Shown: positions 48,310-58,859 of the stretch, in pieces | Layout: every line of letters starts with the position of its first letter | Position numbering within the stretch: the stretch's first letter is position 1 | Assembly (NCBI GenBank): GCA_041740355.1 | Contig: JBGSMD010000063.1 | Coordinates: 32,001 to 96,000, forward strand | Direction: 5' to 3' | Length of the DNA stretch: 64,000 bases | From: Bdellovibrionota bacterium | GTDB taxonomy: Bacteria; Bdellovibrionota_C; UBA2361; CALJRW01 | Position numbers and translations under genes: made by a program | Notes under the pieces: model-generated | Database searches by the model: none | Seen by the model: the letters and a program-made list of their open reading frames with translations, nothing else | What the model was told of the DNA's origin: nothing

Positions 48310-49569
48310 ATGAAGAATAACTTATCAATTTGGTTCATTCGCCTCAGGTGGTTTGCCTTCATAGCGCAGATTATTATCCTTGCTTCAACGGTTTTATTTT
48401 TTAAGGTTGAAGTTAACTGGCAAAAGATTGCCCTAATCTTATCCGCACTTCCCCTTTCCAATATCATCACAACCCAATTTCTAGTTAAAAAATTTTCGGC
48501 CCAAGCAATTACTATTTGTTTAATTTTTTTAGATACTATTATTTTATCGGCAATTCTTTATTTGTCTGGCGGACCTGCTAATCCTTTTACGATTGTATTT
48601 CTACTGCACCTAGTTCTAACTGCAGTCTTACTCGATGAGCGTTGGACTTGGGTTATGGCACTCACAACCTGTGCCGCTTATGTCTTTTTATTTTTCTTCT
48701 CTCCAGAGACTGGAAGCGATCATCAACATCATCATGGATCTTCAAACTCTTTTTCCTTACATTTATATGGAATGCTATTTGCTTTTATTACCGTAGCAGT
48801 TCTTGTTGCTTATTTTCTAAATAAGATTATTACCGAACTTCGGTTAAAAGAATTGCGACTTCAAAAACTGGAACAGTTAGCTGTAAATAGCCAACGTTTA
48901 GCATCATTAGTAACTATAACAGCAGGAACCGCTCACGAACTAGGAACTCCATTAAGTACTATTGCCGTAGTCTGTAAGGAGTTAGAACTAGAGCTCAAAA
49001 ATCTAAATCCCTCGCCAGAAATTTTAGAAGATCTGCATTTAATTCAGCAAGAAGTGGGTCGTTGCAAAGATTACCTGTCAAATTTATCAGAGAAAACTGG
49101 CGATCTTACGGGAGAAACTCATCAAAGTATTTCGGCAAGAGATTTAATAAGTCAGATTATTGCTCCACTTTATAACAAAAACCATCGATTTGAAATTGAA
49201 GGTTCAGCAGATCATATTTTAAATTTAATCCCTGTGAAATCCCTAACAATTGCTATTAGAGCTCTAGTTAAAAATTCTCTAGATGCTTCAAGTGGGAGTA
49301 TTAAGAATGTTACCATTCGCCATCAAATAATTAATAATTATAATCAAATCGAAATCATAGACTTTGGCTTGGGGATGGATCCGGAAACATTAGAAATGAT
49401 TGGGGAACCATTTTTCTCTCAAAAAGATAGCAAAGATGGTTTGGGTTTAGGAGTTTATTTATCAAAACTTGTTGCCAACCAAATTGGTGGAGAGCTAACT
49501 TTCACTTCTACAATATCCCAAGGCACTTGTGCTAAATTTCGATTTCCAGTAATTCCCTGTAAAGCATGA
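48310..49569 (+). CDS. regB: RegB/PrrB-family sensor histidine kinase with His-rich loop
   Basis: IRLRW, SGGPANPF, HLYGM, TAHELGTPL H-box, GEPFFS, GLGLG; loop DHQHHH. Confidence 0.85.
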   Translation: MKNNLSIWFIRLRWFAFIAQIIILASTVLFFKVEVNWQKIALILSALPLSNIITTQFLVKKFSAQAITICLIFLDTIILSAILYLSGGPANPFTIVFLLHLVLTAVLLDERWTWVMALTTCAAYVFLFFFSPETGSDHQHHHGSSNSFSLHLYGMLFAFITVAVLVAYFLNKIITELRLKELRLQKLEQLAVNSQRLASLVTITAGTAHELGTPLSTIAVVCKELELELKNLNPSPEILEDLHLIQQEVGRCKDYLSNLSEKTGDLTGETHQSISARDLISQIIAPLYNKNHRFEIEGSADHILNLIPVKSLTIAIRALVKNSLDASSGSIKNVTIRHQIINNYNQIEIIDFGLGMDPETLEMIGEPFFSQKDSKDGLGLGVYLSKLVANQIGGELTFTSTISQGTCAKFRFPVIPCKA

Positions 49570-50105
49570 CCGCCAAGAACCTACGAAATACAATCTTAAC
49601 TATTGATGATGATGGAATTTTTCGTGATCGATTAACCAAAGCTTTTGCTAAAAGAGGGTTAATCGCTGAGCAGGCAGAAAATAGTACGGAAGCATTAAAG
49701 AAAATTAAAGAATTAAATCCAGACTTAATTGTTCTCGATCTGAAGCTTGGTAATGAATCAGGGTTAGATTTAATTACTGAAATCCTAGTTCTCTGCCCCA
49801 AAACTAAAATTGTGATGCTTACTGGATATGGCACAATCGGCACGACGGTTGAGGCAATGAAAAAAGGTGTGGTAAATTATTTAACAAAACCAGTTGATGC
49901 TGATACAATCTTAGCTGCTTTTCTAGGAGAGATAAAAGTTAATTCTACAACAGGAATTCCCCCACTCCACCAAATAGAATGGGACTATATTCAAAAAATC
50001 ATTGAGCAGTGCGAAGGTAATATTACGAAAGCATCTAAGTTATTGGGATTACACAGGCGCTCATTGCAAAGAAAAATGAAAAAAAGTCCTGGCTCCCTAA
50101 AATAA
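49566..50105 (+). CDS. regA: RegA/PrrA-family response regulator
   Basis: Receiver domain plus IEWDYIQKII...GNITKASKLLGLHRRSLQRK. Confidence 0.9.
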   Translation: MTAKNLRNTILTIDDDGIFRDRLTKAFAKRGLIAEQAENSTEALKKIKELNPDLIVLDLKLGNESGLDLITEILVLCPKTKIVMLTGYGTIGTTVEAMKKGVVNYLTKPVDADTILAAFLGEIKVNSTTGIPPLHQIEWDYIQKIIEQCEGNITKASKLLGLHRRSLQRKMKKSPGSLK

Positions 50106-50130
50106 CTTATTGTTAGTAGTTGAATTAAGC

Positions 50131-50153
50131 TGCGACAATCTGTCGCGTTGACT
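50131..50153 (+). promoter_or_regulatory. RegA/PrrA binding site abutting a -35 element
   Basis: tGCGAC-aatct-GTCGC palindrome followed by TTGACT. Confidence 0.75.
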
Positions 50154-50261
50154 TTAAAGTTCCCCTTAGGCATATCTACGACTCAGAATACATACAACCA
50201 ATGTCCTCTAGAGGGATTATCCATTGGTTTAACTAATACAAACTTTTTAAGTATTTAAATA

Positions 50262-50702
50262 ATGAAAAATAAATTATTCCCTGTTATGTCGGCAGCACTT
50301 CTTAGCTTACTTTTTCTTTCCGCCTGCGGAGGAAGTAGCTCCAATGATAAAAGTGTCATAATCGAAGGGGATCTAAATCAAGGGGCAAGCTCTGACCATA
50401 AGTTATTCAAACATTCCGAAGGTGAGCACATTGGAGAAGTTGAAATCTGTGCCTTAGGTGAATGTTCGACCACTAATACTGAAGGAGAATGGGGTTTTGC
50501 GACTTCGGAGGATCTAAACGGCAATGAAGTTTCTTTTAAATTTACGGGTCATGGCATTGATACGACAACAATCGTAAAAATTCCAGATGCTGAAGAAAAT
50601 GTATTAATCAAATTTGTGCATAGTGCCAATGTTGTGACTATTGCTGAAATGTTAGTTGATGGACAGGAAGATCATTCTAATCATGACCACGCTCACGAAT
50701 AG
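50262..50702 (+). CDS. His-rich lipoprotein
   Basis: Lipobox LSAC; C-terminal DHSNHDHAHE. Confidence 0.8.
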   Translation: MKNKLFPVMSAALLSLLFLSACGGSSSNDKSVIIEGDLNQGASSDHKLFKHSEGEHIGEVEICALGECSTTNTEGEWGFATSEDLNGNEVSFKFTGHGIDTTTIVKIPDAEENVLIKFVHSANVVTIAEMLVDGQEDHSNHDHAHE

Positions 50703-51687
50703 TTCTACAATGAAAAAATTTGTTCTGGGTATCTTTTTTACTTCCTTGTTATTCGCAACTAGCGCTTGGGCTTGCGACCCTTGCGCAATATTTAATGCCG
50801 CTAGGCTTGATGGACATGAGCCCAACAGTTGGCGAGTTTCACTAGGAGAGCAGTATACTAATTTTAAAAAAGGGAAAAGTTACCCAGAAAATTCCTTTCG
50901 CAATAAGGAGTTGGTTAAAGGATTTAGTAATACCCAGTTTGCTCTGTCCTATGATTTTAGTGAAGTTTTAGGACTACAACTAAGTATTCCCTTAATCTCT
51001 CGCTATGTTGAAGAAATCAAAGACTATCAAACTTCCAACAATTGGGATGCCGGCCTTGGTGATATTAGTCTAATAGCTTCTTACTCCCCAGTTCATATTA
51101 AAAAGTTAGACTGGACAGTGCTAACTGGTGTTTCTGCTGGAATAAAATTACCGACTGGAGACACAGGTGTATTAGAAGAAATTAGTGCTGACCCAGATGC
51201 GCAAGTAAAAGCTCAGTTTTTAAAGCACCACCCAGTTGGCTCTACCTCTGGTGGACGCGCCTTAACTTATGGATCAGGATCTTATGATTATATCATGGGA
51301 GCAAACAATTTACTTCGATATCAAAACTTTTTATTACTAAGCAATATTCAATATACGATCCGCACTGAAGGTGATTTTAATTACGAATTTGATAATGATT
51401 TAATTTGGGCCGTACTTCCAGCCTACTATCTTTTATTAGAACATGACTACACTGTGGCTAGTGGTCTAGGCCTTTCTGGCGAACATAAAGGTAAAGATCG
51501 ATTAGCTGGTAGCGAACTTGATGGTTCAGATATTTCTAATATCTACTTAGGACCTGAGTTAATCTTAAGCTTTAAAGGTAAATATTCTGCACAAATTGGA
51601 TTTGATTTTCGGGTCTCCAATAAAGATCGCGAAGCCGATATTGTGCCGGAGAATAGAGTACGAGCCAGTTTGGCTTATCGTTTTTAA
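50656..51687 (+). CDS. Outer-membrane beta-barrel transporter (SphA/MetA-pathway-like) with N-terminal CxxC
   Basis: Signal peptide AWA|CDPC, GLGDISL, GIKLPTG, GSGSYD, terminal YRF; start probably ATG 50710. Confidence 0.75.
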   Translation: MMDRKIILIMTTLTNSSTMKKFVLGIFFTSLLFATSAWACDPCAIFNAARLDGHEPNSWRVSLGEQYTNFKKGKSYPENSFRNKELVKGFSNTQFALSYDFSEVLGLQLSIPLISRYVEEIKDYQTSNNWDAGLGDISLIASYSPVHIKKLDWTVLTGVSAGIKLPTGDTGVLEEISADPDAQVKAQFLKHHPVGSTSGGRALTYGSGSYDYIMGANNLLRYQNFLLLSNIQYTIRTEGDFNYEFDNDLIWAVLPAYYLLLEHDYTVASGLGLSGEHKGKDRLAGSELDGSDISNIYLGPELILSFKGKYSAQIGFDFRVSNKDREADIVPENRVRASLAYRF

Positions 51688-51919
51688 ACTCTCCACAGAT
51701 GAAATTTGCGGAGGGCGAGCGTAGTCTTAGCTTGTTTATCGGACGTAGCATTTGCGAAGTCTGAAACCAAGTTACGCCGTAGAAGACAAAACTGATACTC
51801 ACCGCTCTTTGTGCATTCGGTTTAGTATTATTTTCTCCGGCAAAACCCTTTTTGCAACAGGATTTTACTCGCTCACTTTGCTTTTCATTTTTTCTCAAAA
51901 ATGAAAAGCGGTGAGTATA
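51685..51919. repeat. Family A structured element, full copy (MITE or ncRNA candidate)
   Basis: Colinear with 58860-59118; multiple stems; 12-bp long-range IR atactcaccgct / agcggtgagtat. Confidence 0.85.
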
Positions 51920-51937
51920 TAGTATCGTTTTCAATCT

Positions 51938-52328
51938 AGTCGCTTGGTATATTAAATGCGTAGCACTTGTAGCGACCCTAGGGGGGTGCTTAGGTTAAAA
52001 TGCTTATTGCATAAGCATTTTAACTTGGGAAAACAAATATACTATAGTCATCCCAATAAATAATTTCCGCTAGGAAATTATAAAACAGATCATGACTATA
52101 GAAGCGACCAGCGGGAGCCAAAAGATAAATAGTAAACCCAACTTTAAAAAACAGAGTTAAACCATCGGTTTATCTATAAACTTAGATCCTTAAATTACTT
52201 CAGGGTAAAAAAAATAAGGGTCAGCAAAAGTCTTAGTTAATCTATTTATCGGAAATCTATTTTTGGGTTTACTATATAATCCGAGATACGCAAAAAGTAA
52301 TTCCCAATGGAAATTACTTTTTGGGCTC
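51938..52328. repeat. Mosaic of family C, family B and inverted-repeat modules
   Basis: Family C 51938-52044; tatagtcat / atgactata 52043-52100; atagtaaaccca / tgggtttactat about 52129-52275; family B hairpin 52291-52324. Confidence 0.75.
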
Positions 52329-52334
52329 ACTATA

Positions 52335-53222
52335 CTAAAAAATAACTGCTGGATCACGTCGATAAACACGCTCTTGTTCTAATAAATAATTTTCATCTCC
52401 AGCTAGGTTAACAATCTGACGCATGACATCGCGATATTCTGATTTCTGATCACTGCTTAATAAAAAAAGATTTTGTCTTAGCTTAGACTGAGACTCTCTG
52501 TTGTAAGTGATTTGCTGTCTTATTTGCTCTAACTTTTCAATTCTTTCAGCTTTATCCATCGTCATCAAATCGACAATACCATCAATCAGGATTCCTGCCG
52601 CTTTAGCCGTAGATTCTTGTAATTCTCTTCTTTGAAGAAAACTACCAATCTCTTTTGAGTACTCTTCTCTTAGTTGTTTTGTGTTTGAACCAAATGCTTC
52701 GAGTGGAATGACTAAAGTATATCTTTCTGATAAATCAGAAAATGCCGTTAATAATTTATTTATTTCAAGTAAATTATTATAAATTAATTTTTTTAGTTCA
52801 CCAGCAATACTGGCATCCATTAACATTATCTCAGAAATTTCAATTAATTTTTCTGGATTAGAAGTCGCTCTTTGAATACTCTTAGCAATCTCTTCAAAGT
52901 CATTTCTACTTAATAGATCCTTTAAACGCTGAGCCTCAGCGGGACTATCTGCAATAACTTCTAAAATTAATTTTAAGTTTTCGGGGTCCATTTTTCGTAA
53001 ACTCTCTCCGCGATTATTGGTAAGATAAGTGACAGCTTCACGTAAATTATCAAAATTTCTGTTAAGATTCTGTAAAGTTTCCTCAGTCGTCTTACGATCA
53101 ACCACAGTAAAATGATCCTTGGCATTTGTTAATTCGCGCACTAAGTTATTAAGCCCATCCTGCTGGATAATATCGCGTGGATTTAGAGTAGGGTTTCTTT
53201 CTTGTTGGATCGGATTTGGCAT
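52335..53222 (-). CDS. Hypothetical coiled-coil protein
   Basis: 295-aa helical ORF. Confidence 0.7.
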   Translation of the reverse strand: MPNPIQQERNPTLNPRDIIQQDGLNNLVRELTNAKDHFTVVDRKTTEETLQNLNRNFDNLREAVTYLTNNRGESLRKMDPENLKLILEVIADSPAEAQRLKDLLSRNDFEEIAKSIQRATSNPEKLIEISEIMLMDASIAGELKKLIYNNLLEINKLLTAFSDLSERYTLVIPLEAFGSNTKQLREEYSKEIGSFLQRRELQESTAKAAGILIDGIVDLMTMDKAERIEKLEQIRQQITYNRESQSKLRQNLFLLSSDQKSEYRDVMRQIVNLAGDENYLLEQERVYRRDPAVIF

Positions 53223-53358
53223 AGAGTTAGTGGGGCAAGAGTATACTTAGAATTACTATCACCATTTGTTAACAAATTGCTTCAGCTTAGGAATTAAACA
53301 AGAGCCAGCAAATATCTAGGATATACAGATACTTATAGCGTTTAGAAACTCTACAAGC

Positions 53359-54111
53359 TTACTTTTTGAGTTCTTTAGTTGGTAGGAGCTTTTGACTAAG
53401 GCCATCTAATTCCTTATTAAGGCCAGTCGGAGTTAATAAATCTTTATTCAGTAGGATAAATAATTTCTCAGAAAGCTCTACCAAACTTTGTTTCTGTAAT
53501 ATGTCTAGGCCCAGATGAGCGGTCTCTTGTCCCACATCTTTGTGGTTCAATCGAAGTAGAATTTGAAACTGCCCAACTCTAGTTAGCAGTCTTTTTGATG
53601 CTTGATACTGCTCAGCAATTGTTTTTCCAGAGCAAGCAGTTAAGCCAATTAAATTATCATCAACTTTTCCTAAACGTCCAAGCTCACGTTCGTCACCTAC
53701 TCCACCGCCCCATTCTTCTACGGCAAAAGTAACCGCTAAACTTTTTTCCGGTAGCGGCGCATTGCGATCTTTGTTTTTGGCAATTGTCGCCCCAAACATA
53801 TAACCATCGCGCGTACTATGGCCAACAGCTCTCCATGATACAAGAAATGGAGAAACACAGAACCAACCCTTTCCTTGCTTTTCAATCGAAAGAAAAAACT
53901 CCCAAAGCGAATTGAATTCATCTTTTAACATTTGAAAATGCTCTGACCAAAGAGCATAGTTTAAACTTAGATCCTCTTGCATGTTTTTTAAACGTTGCTC
54001 TTCGGAGACATTCATCATGTCTAAAAGATTAGCAAACTCTTGTGTTGGAGATCGACGGCGAGTGAGATTTTTTATACTATTAATTAGATCTTTGGTTTTT
54101 GATTCACTCAT
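53359..54111 (-). CDS. Hypothetical protein
   Basis: 250-aa ORF with ATG start. Confidence 0.7.
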   Translation of the reverse strand: MSESKTKDLINSIKNLTRRRSPTQEFANLLDMMNVSEEQRLKNMQEDLSLNYALWSEHFQMLKDEFNSLWEFFLSIEKQGKGWFCVSPFLVSWRAVGHSTRDGYMFGATIAKNKDRNAPLPEKSLAVTFAVEEWGGGVGDERELGRLGKVDDNLIGLTACSGKTIAEQYQASKRLLTRVGQFQILLRLNHKDVGQETAHLGLDILQKQSLVELSEKLFILLNKDLLTPTGLNKELDGLSQKLLPTKELKK

Positions 54112-54264
54112 AAATTATATCTTGCTGCTGGTCTATGTCTAGGAATGAAAGTCCTTATAATCTTATAACAAGAGTGCCATTATTTTACTAGTTAAGCTAT
54201 CTTATGGTGCCAAGGATTGGCTCAAATTCATATTGCTTAATATCTACAAATTGCTAATCTAATA

Positions 54265-54621
54265 TTGCCTCCACTCTACTGGGCTCTGATTATGATGAGA
54301 ATTACTACTGGTTTACTAGACTTCGCCGATACTTGCTTTGGAGCAAAAGCTCATCGTGAGTTTGATCAAAAAATTTCCGAATTAAAAAAAGCATTTCCAG
54401 AGCCTTTCTCGATTGAAAGACGTAGGGAAGATGGAGAAACATTCATTCGAATTCAATTTGCTGAGCCTCACGATTCCAAAATAGATCTTGTTGAACTTGA
54501 AAAACAAATTAGAAAAGCAACGGGTAGCCTACCGGTTAGATTCGTATTTACTAGCTATCGTTCTATTTCTAAATTATTTGCAGAACTCGCAGCGCTAGCT
54601 CAAGATCCTAAACCTAATTAA
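54265..54621 (+). CDS. Hypothetical protein
   Basis: About 110-118 aa ORF filling the gap before convergent parE. Confidence 0.6.
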   Translation: MPPLYWALIMMRITTGLLDFADTCFGAKAHREFDQKISELKKAFPEPFSIERRREDGETFIRIQFAEPHDSKIDLVELEKQIRKATGSLPVRFVFTSYRSISKLFAELAALAQDPKPN

Positions 54622-54624
54622 GAC

Positions 54625-56550
54625 TTAAAGATCTACCTCTAACCGATGTGCATTCTCCTGAATTAATTGAAATCGATCTCCTGTTTCCTTACCCAGTAAA
54701 CTTTCTAAGGAAGCATTAACTTCAAATTCATCAACAATATCAATCTGCAACAAGCTTCTTGTCTTTGGATCCAAAGTCGTAGACCAAAGTGTACTTGGAT
54801 TCATCTCCCCTAGACCTTTAAAGCGAGTAACTGTAATTTTACGACTAGCAAACTTCTTTACCAACTTCTCTTTATCTTGGTCATTATAAGTCCAATGAGT
54901 TTCTTCTTTATTACCCACGCCTAACTTTACTCGGTAAAGAGGTGGTAATCCTAAATAAACATGGCCATTCTCAACAAGCTTCTTCATGTATTTATAAAAG
55001 AAAGCCATCAGTAATGTAGCAATGTGCATTCCATCCGAATCAGCATCGGTTAAAATAATAACTTTGGAATATCTTAATTTTTTCAAATCAAGACTCTCAC
55101 CCATTCCACAACCTAGCACCGCGACAAGATCCATTAGCTCAATATTAGCTGTCACTTTATTACTAGCCGAAGCTACCGTATTCATCACTTTGCCGCGTAA
55201 TGGAAAAATAGCTTGAGTTTTACGATCTCGTCCTTGCTTAGCAGAACCACCCGCCGAATCTCCTTCCACGATAAATAATTCAGACTTATTTGCCTGAGTA
55301 CTAGAGCAATCGGCTAATTTTCCCGGTAAATTTAATCGTCTAGCTGCACCAATTTTTCTGGAGACACTTTGTGATGCCTGACGCGCAGCTTGTCGGGCAC
55401 GCGCAGACAATGTAATTCTTTCAATAATTTGATTAGCTACAGCCGGCTGTGAGTTAAGAATGTTTTCTAAACTCCGAGCAACATTTTCCACCGGGGCTGT
55501 GACTTCCACATTATTTAACTTATCTTTAGTCTGTCCTTGAAACTGTAATTGAGCAACAGAACCAGGAACATTAATGGAAACAATAGCAATTAATCCTTCG
55601 CGAAAATCATCTCCGGTTAATTTAATTCCTTTTAGTTTTACATCATGAACATTAATGTAATTACGAATAGCCTTTGACAAACCATTCTTAAAGCCATCTT
55701 CATGACTTCCACCCTGAGGCGTAGGAATTCCATTCACAAAAGAAAGAATCTTACTCTGAGTTGATTCCGTCCAAGCAAAAGCTAACTCCACTTTGATACT
55801 TTGATTACTATCAAAATAAAAACTTTCCTTACTAATGGAAGTCATCTTATAACGCTCTAAAAGCATATCTAAATATGCTTTTACGCCATCTTGAAAACAA
55901 TAGGTTTTAACTGTAGCTGCGAGATTATCTTTATAAATAATTTTAAGCCCTTTATTTAAAAAGGCTTTAACTTCCACTAGATGCTCAATTTCAGAACTAG
56001 CAAATTTAGTTAATTTAAAAATTTCAGAATCAGCTTGAAAGTAAATTTTTGTTCCCGTTCTTTTAGTGGCAGTTCCTTTTTGCAACTTCGTCAAAGGCTT
56101 ACCTCGACTATACTCTTGAGTCCAAACAAAACCATCGCGAGCAACTTCAGCAATCAATTTAGAGGAAAGAGCATTAACCACCGAGGAGCCAACTCCATGT
56201 AATCCACCAGCAGAGGCATAGCTATCGTCGGAAAATTTACCCCCGGCATGAAGTGTTGTTAAAATAATTTCCAGTGCTGGCTTTTTCATTTTTGGGTGGA
56301 TATCAACGGGGATACCACGTCCATTATCAGCAATGCTGATACCTTGAGCATCTCGATCTAGCTCCACGATGATTTCAGTTGCATGTCCATTCATCGCTTC
56401 ATCAATTGAGTTGTCAAGAATTTCTTTTACTAAGTGATGTAAACCAACAGAGTCAGTTCCACCAACATACATACCAGGTCGGTGCCTCACTGGATCTAAG
56501 CCTTCTAAAACATCAATACTGGAAGCGCTATAATTTTTACTTTTTGTCAT
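54625..56550 (-). CDS. parE: Type IIA topoisomerase subunit B (topoisomerase IV-like)
   Basis: RPGMY, EILDNSIDE, GGLHGVG, EGDSAGG, PLRGK, DADSDG, RFKGLGEM; 641 aa. Confidence 0.9.
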   Translation of the reverse strand: MTKSKNYSASSIDVLEGLDPVRHRPGMYVGGTDSVGLHHLVKEILDNSIDEAMNGHATEIIVELDRDAQGISIADNGRGIPVDIHPKMKKPALEIILTTLHAGGKFSDDSYASAGGLHGVGSSVVNALSSKLIAEVARDGFVWTQEYSRGKPLTKLQKGTATKRTGTKIYFQADSEIFKLTKFASSEIEHLVEVKAFLNKGLKIIYKDNLAATVKTYCFQDGVKAYLDMLLERYKMTSISKESFYFDSNQSIKVELAFAWTESTQSKILSFVNGIPTPQGGSHEDGFKNGLSKAIRNYINVHDVKLKGIKLTGDDFREGLIAIVSINVPGSVAQLQFQGQTKDKLNNVEVTAPVENVARSLENILNSQPAVANQIIERITLSARARQAARQASQSVSRKIGAARRLNLPGKLADCSSTQANKSELFIVEGDSAGGSAKQGRDRKTQAIFPLRGKVMNTVASASNKVTANIELMDLVAVLGCGMGESLDLKKLRYSKVIILTDADSDGMHIATLLMAFFYKYMKKLVENGHVYLGLPPLYRVKLGVGNKEETHWTYNDQDKEKLVKKFASRKITVTRFKGLGEMNPSTLWSTTLDPKTRSLLQIDIVDEFEVNASLESLLGKETGDRFQLIQENAHRLEVDL

Positions 56551-56582
56551 ATCTATTTTTAATACTCTTACTAATTTGAAGC

Positions 56583-58841
56583 TTAATCTTCAATTCCTAC
56601 AACTTCTGATTTCACAGGTAATTTATTTCCCTTCAACCCACGACCAGTTTTCTTAATTTCTTTCAAACTGATCTTTTTATTTTTTAGATCTTTCATTACC
56701 AAGGTGATCTCGCGATCCTTACTCCAAGATACTGCTAAAGCTAATGAGTCTCCTTTCTTAAAACCCATTAAGCTGATTCCTACAGCCGGAGCATTTCGTT
56801 CTTGGACTTCATTCTTATTAATAGTTATGGCGTATCCTTCTCTGGAAATTAAGCTGATCAACTTATCTGGCTCAATGATTGTTCTGAGTTGATCTTCCCC
56901 TTTTAATTTCATGATTCGTTTACCATTACGTTTCACATCGGCTAAACCTTCAATTTTTGTTTGGAATCCTAAGCCATTAGAACTAATTAGAATAAATTCT
57001 TGTCCTTCGGCCAGATAGAACTGGTAATCATTAATATGTCCTAAATCTAAATCAGATAATAATCCGTAGCTGGAAACAATCTTTTCCCCATCTTTAAACT
57101 TCAGGTGTTTCTGAATTGGATCTCCATACCCGCTAGAAGAAGGGAAATCTGTCACAGCCATGCTGTAAACATTTCCTAAGCTAGTAAAGAATACAACTCG
57201 GTCAAGTGTATTTAGTGGATGAGCGACCAATAAAGAATCACCTTCTCGTAAGCGACTAACTACAGGGTCATTTCCTTGACGAATTCGTTTAATCCAACCA
57301 TCCGTACTAACTAAGGCAAAGACTTCTTCTTTGACAACAAAGTCATCAGCTTGAATTTCAAACTGGACGTGATCTTTCAGGATTTGAGATTTACGGTTAT
57401 CACCAAATTCTTTAGCAACATGTTCTAAGTCAGCTTTAACTGTTTCGGCAATTTTCTTAGCACTATCAAGGATTTTTTGAATCTCTGCTAATCTTTTTAA
57501 TTTCTCTTTTTGCTCAGCACGAATCTCTTCGATGTTAGTCCTAGAAAGTTGATAAATCCTTAAGTCAACAATTGAGAAAGATTGAATTTCTGTTAACTTA
57601 AAATGCGCCCGTAATTTTTCTGCAGCATCTGACCTTCCATCACTGCGGCGAACAATCTGAATAGCTTTATCTAGGTCAGCAAAAATCAAGACAAAACCTT
57701 CCAGGATGTGTAGCCGTGCTAGTAAATTTTTCTTTTCAAATTCCAATCGACGACGAACAATGCCTTTTCTAAAATCAAGGAAATGTTGCAACATTAACTT
57801 GAGCGACATTGGCATTGGCACAGTCACTTTATTTTTATCAGGTGCCAGTGCTGTTAAGTTCACATTAAAGTTCTGCTCTAGTGGAGTATTCTTAAACAGA
57901 TAGGCCATAACGTTTTGGACGTCTGAGTCAGCTTGCAACTCAAGTACTACACGGACATCGGTAGTTGACTCATCACGAATATCCACTAACTGTGGGACTT
58001 TGCGATTTATAATTAAATCAGCAATTTTTTCAACCAACTGAGATTTGTTAACCATGTAAGGAACACTTGTAATCACAATCTGTTTCTTGCCTCGGTTTTC
58101 TTTTTCCTCTTTCCAATCGGCACGCATCTTAATTGGACCACGTCCTGTTTCGTAAATCTCTTCTAGCTCTTTTTTAGTGTTGAGAATCTGACAGCCTGTT
58201 GGAAAGTCGGGACCTTTTAATGCTGCGACTAACTTAGAATTAGGCACTTCCGAATCTTCTAATTGTAATAATAAGGCCTTAACAACATCTCTTAAATTAT
58301 GTGGTGGAATACTTGTTGCCATACCAACAGCAATTCCAGTAGCGCCATTTACCAATAAGTTTGGTAATCGACTTGGCATGACCACTGGCTCTTTCTTAGA
58401 GGCATCGAAGGTATCACGAAAATCAACTGTTTCTTGATCGATCTCTCCCAATACTTCTAAGGCAATTGGAAGCAATTTAGCTTCAGTGTAACGATATGCT
58501 GCTGCTGAATCTCCATCCATCGATCCAAAATTACCTTGCCCATCAACTAGGCAGTAACGCATGCTAAAATCTTGCGCCATGCGAACCATCGCTTCGTAAC
58601 AGGCAACGTCTCCGTGTGGATGATAGTTACCAAGAACTTGCCCAACAATTGTTGCTGACTTTTTATAACTAGAAGTTGGTTTCAGATTTAAGTCGTGCAA
58701 CATGGCATAAAGAATTCTTCTTTGAACAGGTTTAAGCCCATCACGAACATCGGGAAGTGCTCGCCCGGAGACAACACTAAGTGCGTAGGTCAGGTAACGA
58801 TCCTGTGCTTCCTGTCGAAAAGGTGTGCTAATAATAGTCAT
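56583..58841 (-). CDS. parC: Type IIA topoisomerase subunit A (topoisomerase IV-like)
   Basis: [29 protein letters not shown] active site; true start ATG 58841 (the upstream 58 codons fall in a family A repeat). Confidence 0.9.
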   Translation of the reverse strand: MTIISTPFRQEAQDRYLTYALSVVSGRALPDVRDGLKPVQRRILYAMLHDLNLKPTSSYKKSATIVGQVLGNYHPHGDVACYEAMVRMAQDFSMRYCLVDGQGNFGSMDGDSAAAYRYTEAKLLPIALEVLGEIDQETVDFRDTFDASKKEPVVMPSRLPNLLVNGATGIAVGMATSIPPHNLRDVVKALLLQLEDSEVPNSKLVAALKGPDFPTGCQILNTKKELEEIYETGRGPIKMRADWKEEKENRGKKQIVITSVPYMVNKSQLVEKIADLIINRKVPQLVDIRDESTTDVRVVLELQADSDVQNVMAYLFKNTPLEQNFNVNLTALAPDKNKVTVPMPMSLKLMLQHFLDFRKGIVRRRLEFEKKNLLARLHILEGFVLIFADLDKAIQIVRRSDGRSDAAEKLRAHFKLTEIQSFSIVDLRIYQLSRTNIEEIRAEQKEKLKRLAEIQKILDSAKKIAETVKADLEHVAKEFGDNRKSQILKDHVQFEIQADDFVVKEEVFALVSTDGWIKRIRQGNDPVVSRLREGDSLLVAHPLNTLDRVVFFTSLGNVYSMAVTDFPSSSGYGDPIQKHLKFKDGEKIVSSYGLLSDLDLGHINDYQFYLAEGQEFILISSNGLGFQTKIEGLADVKRNGKRIMKLKGEDQLRTIIEPDKLISLISREGYAITINKNEVQERNAPAVGISLMGFKKGDSLALAVSWSKDREITLVMKDLKNKKISLKEIKKTGRGLKGNKLPVKSEVVGIED

Positions 58842-58859
58842 ATACTGCTTGGAATTGAA

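Noticed and set aside
51572-51934. 120-aa minus-strand ORF
   Set aside because: It spans the family A repeat and overlaps the transporter gene antisense; no protein motif.
1625-57903. Many 60-110 aa ORFs overlapping long genes (for example 1625, 5126, 8347, 17393, 22068, 30478, 45417, 49532, 55022, 57706)
   Set aside because: Shadow ORFs on the antisense strand or alternate frames of well-supported genes, with no motifs.
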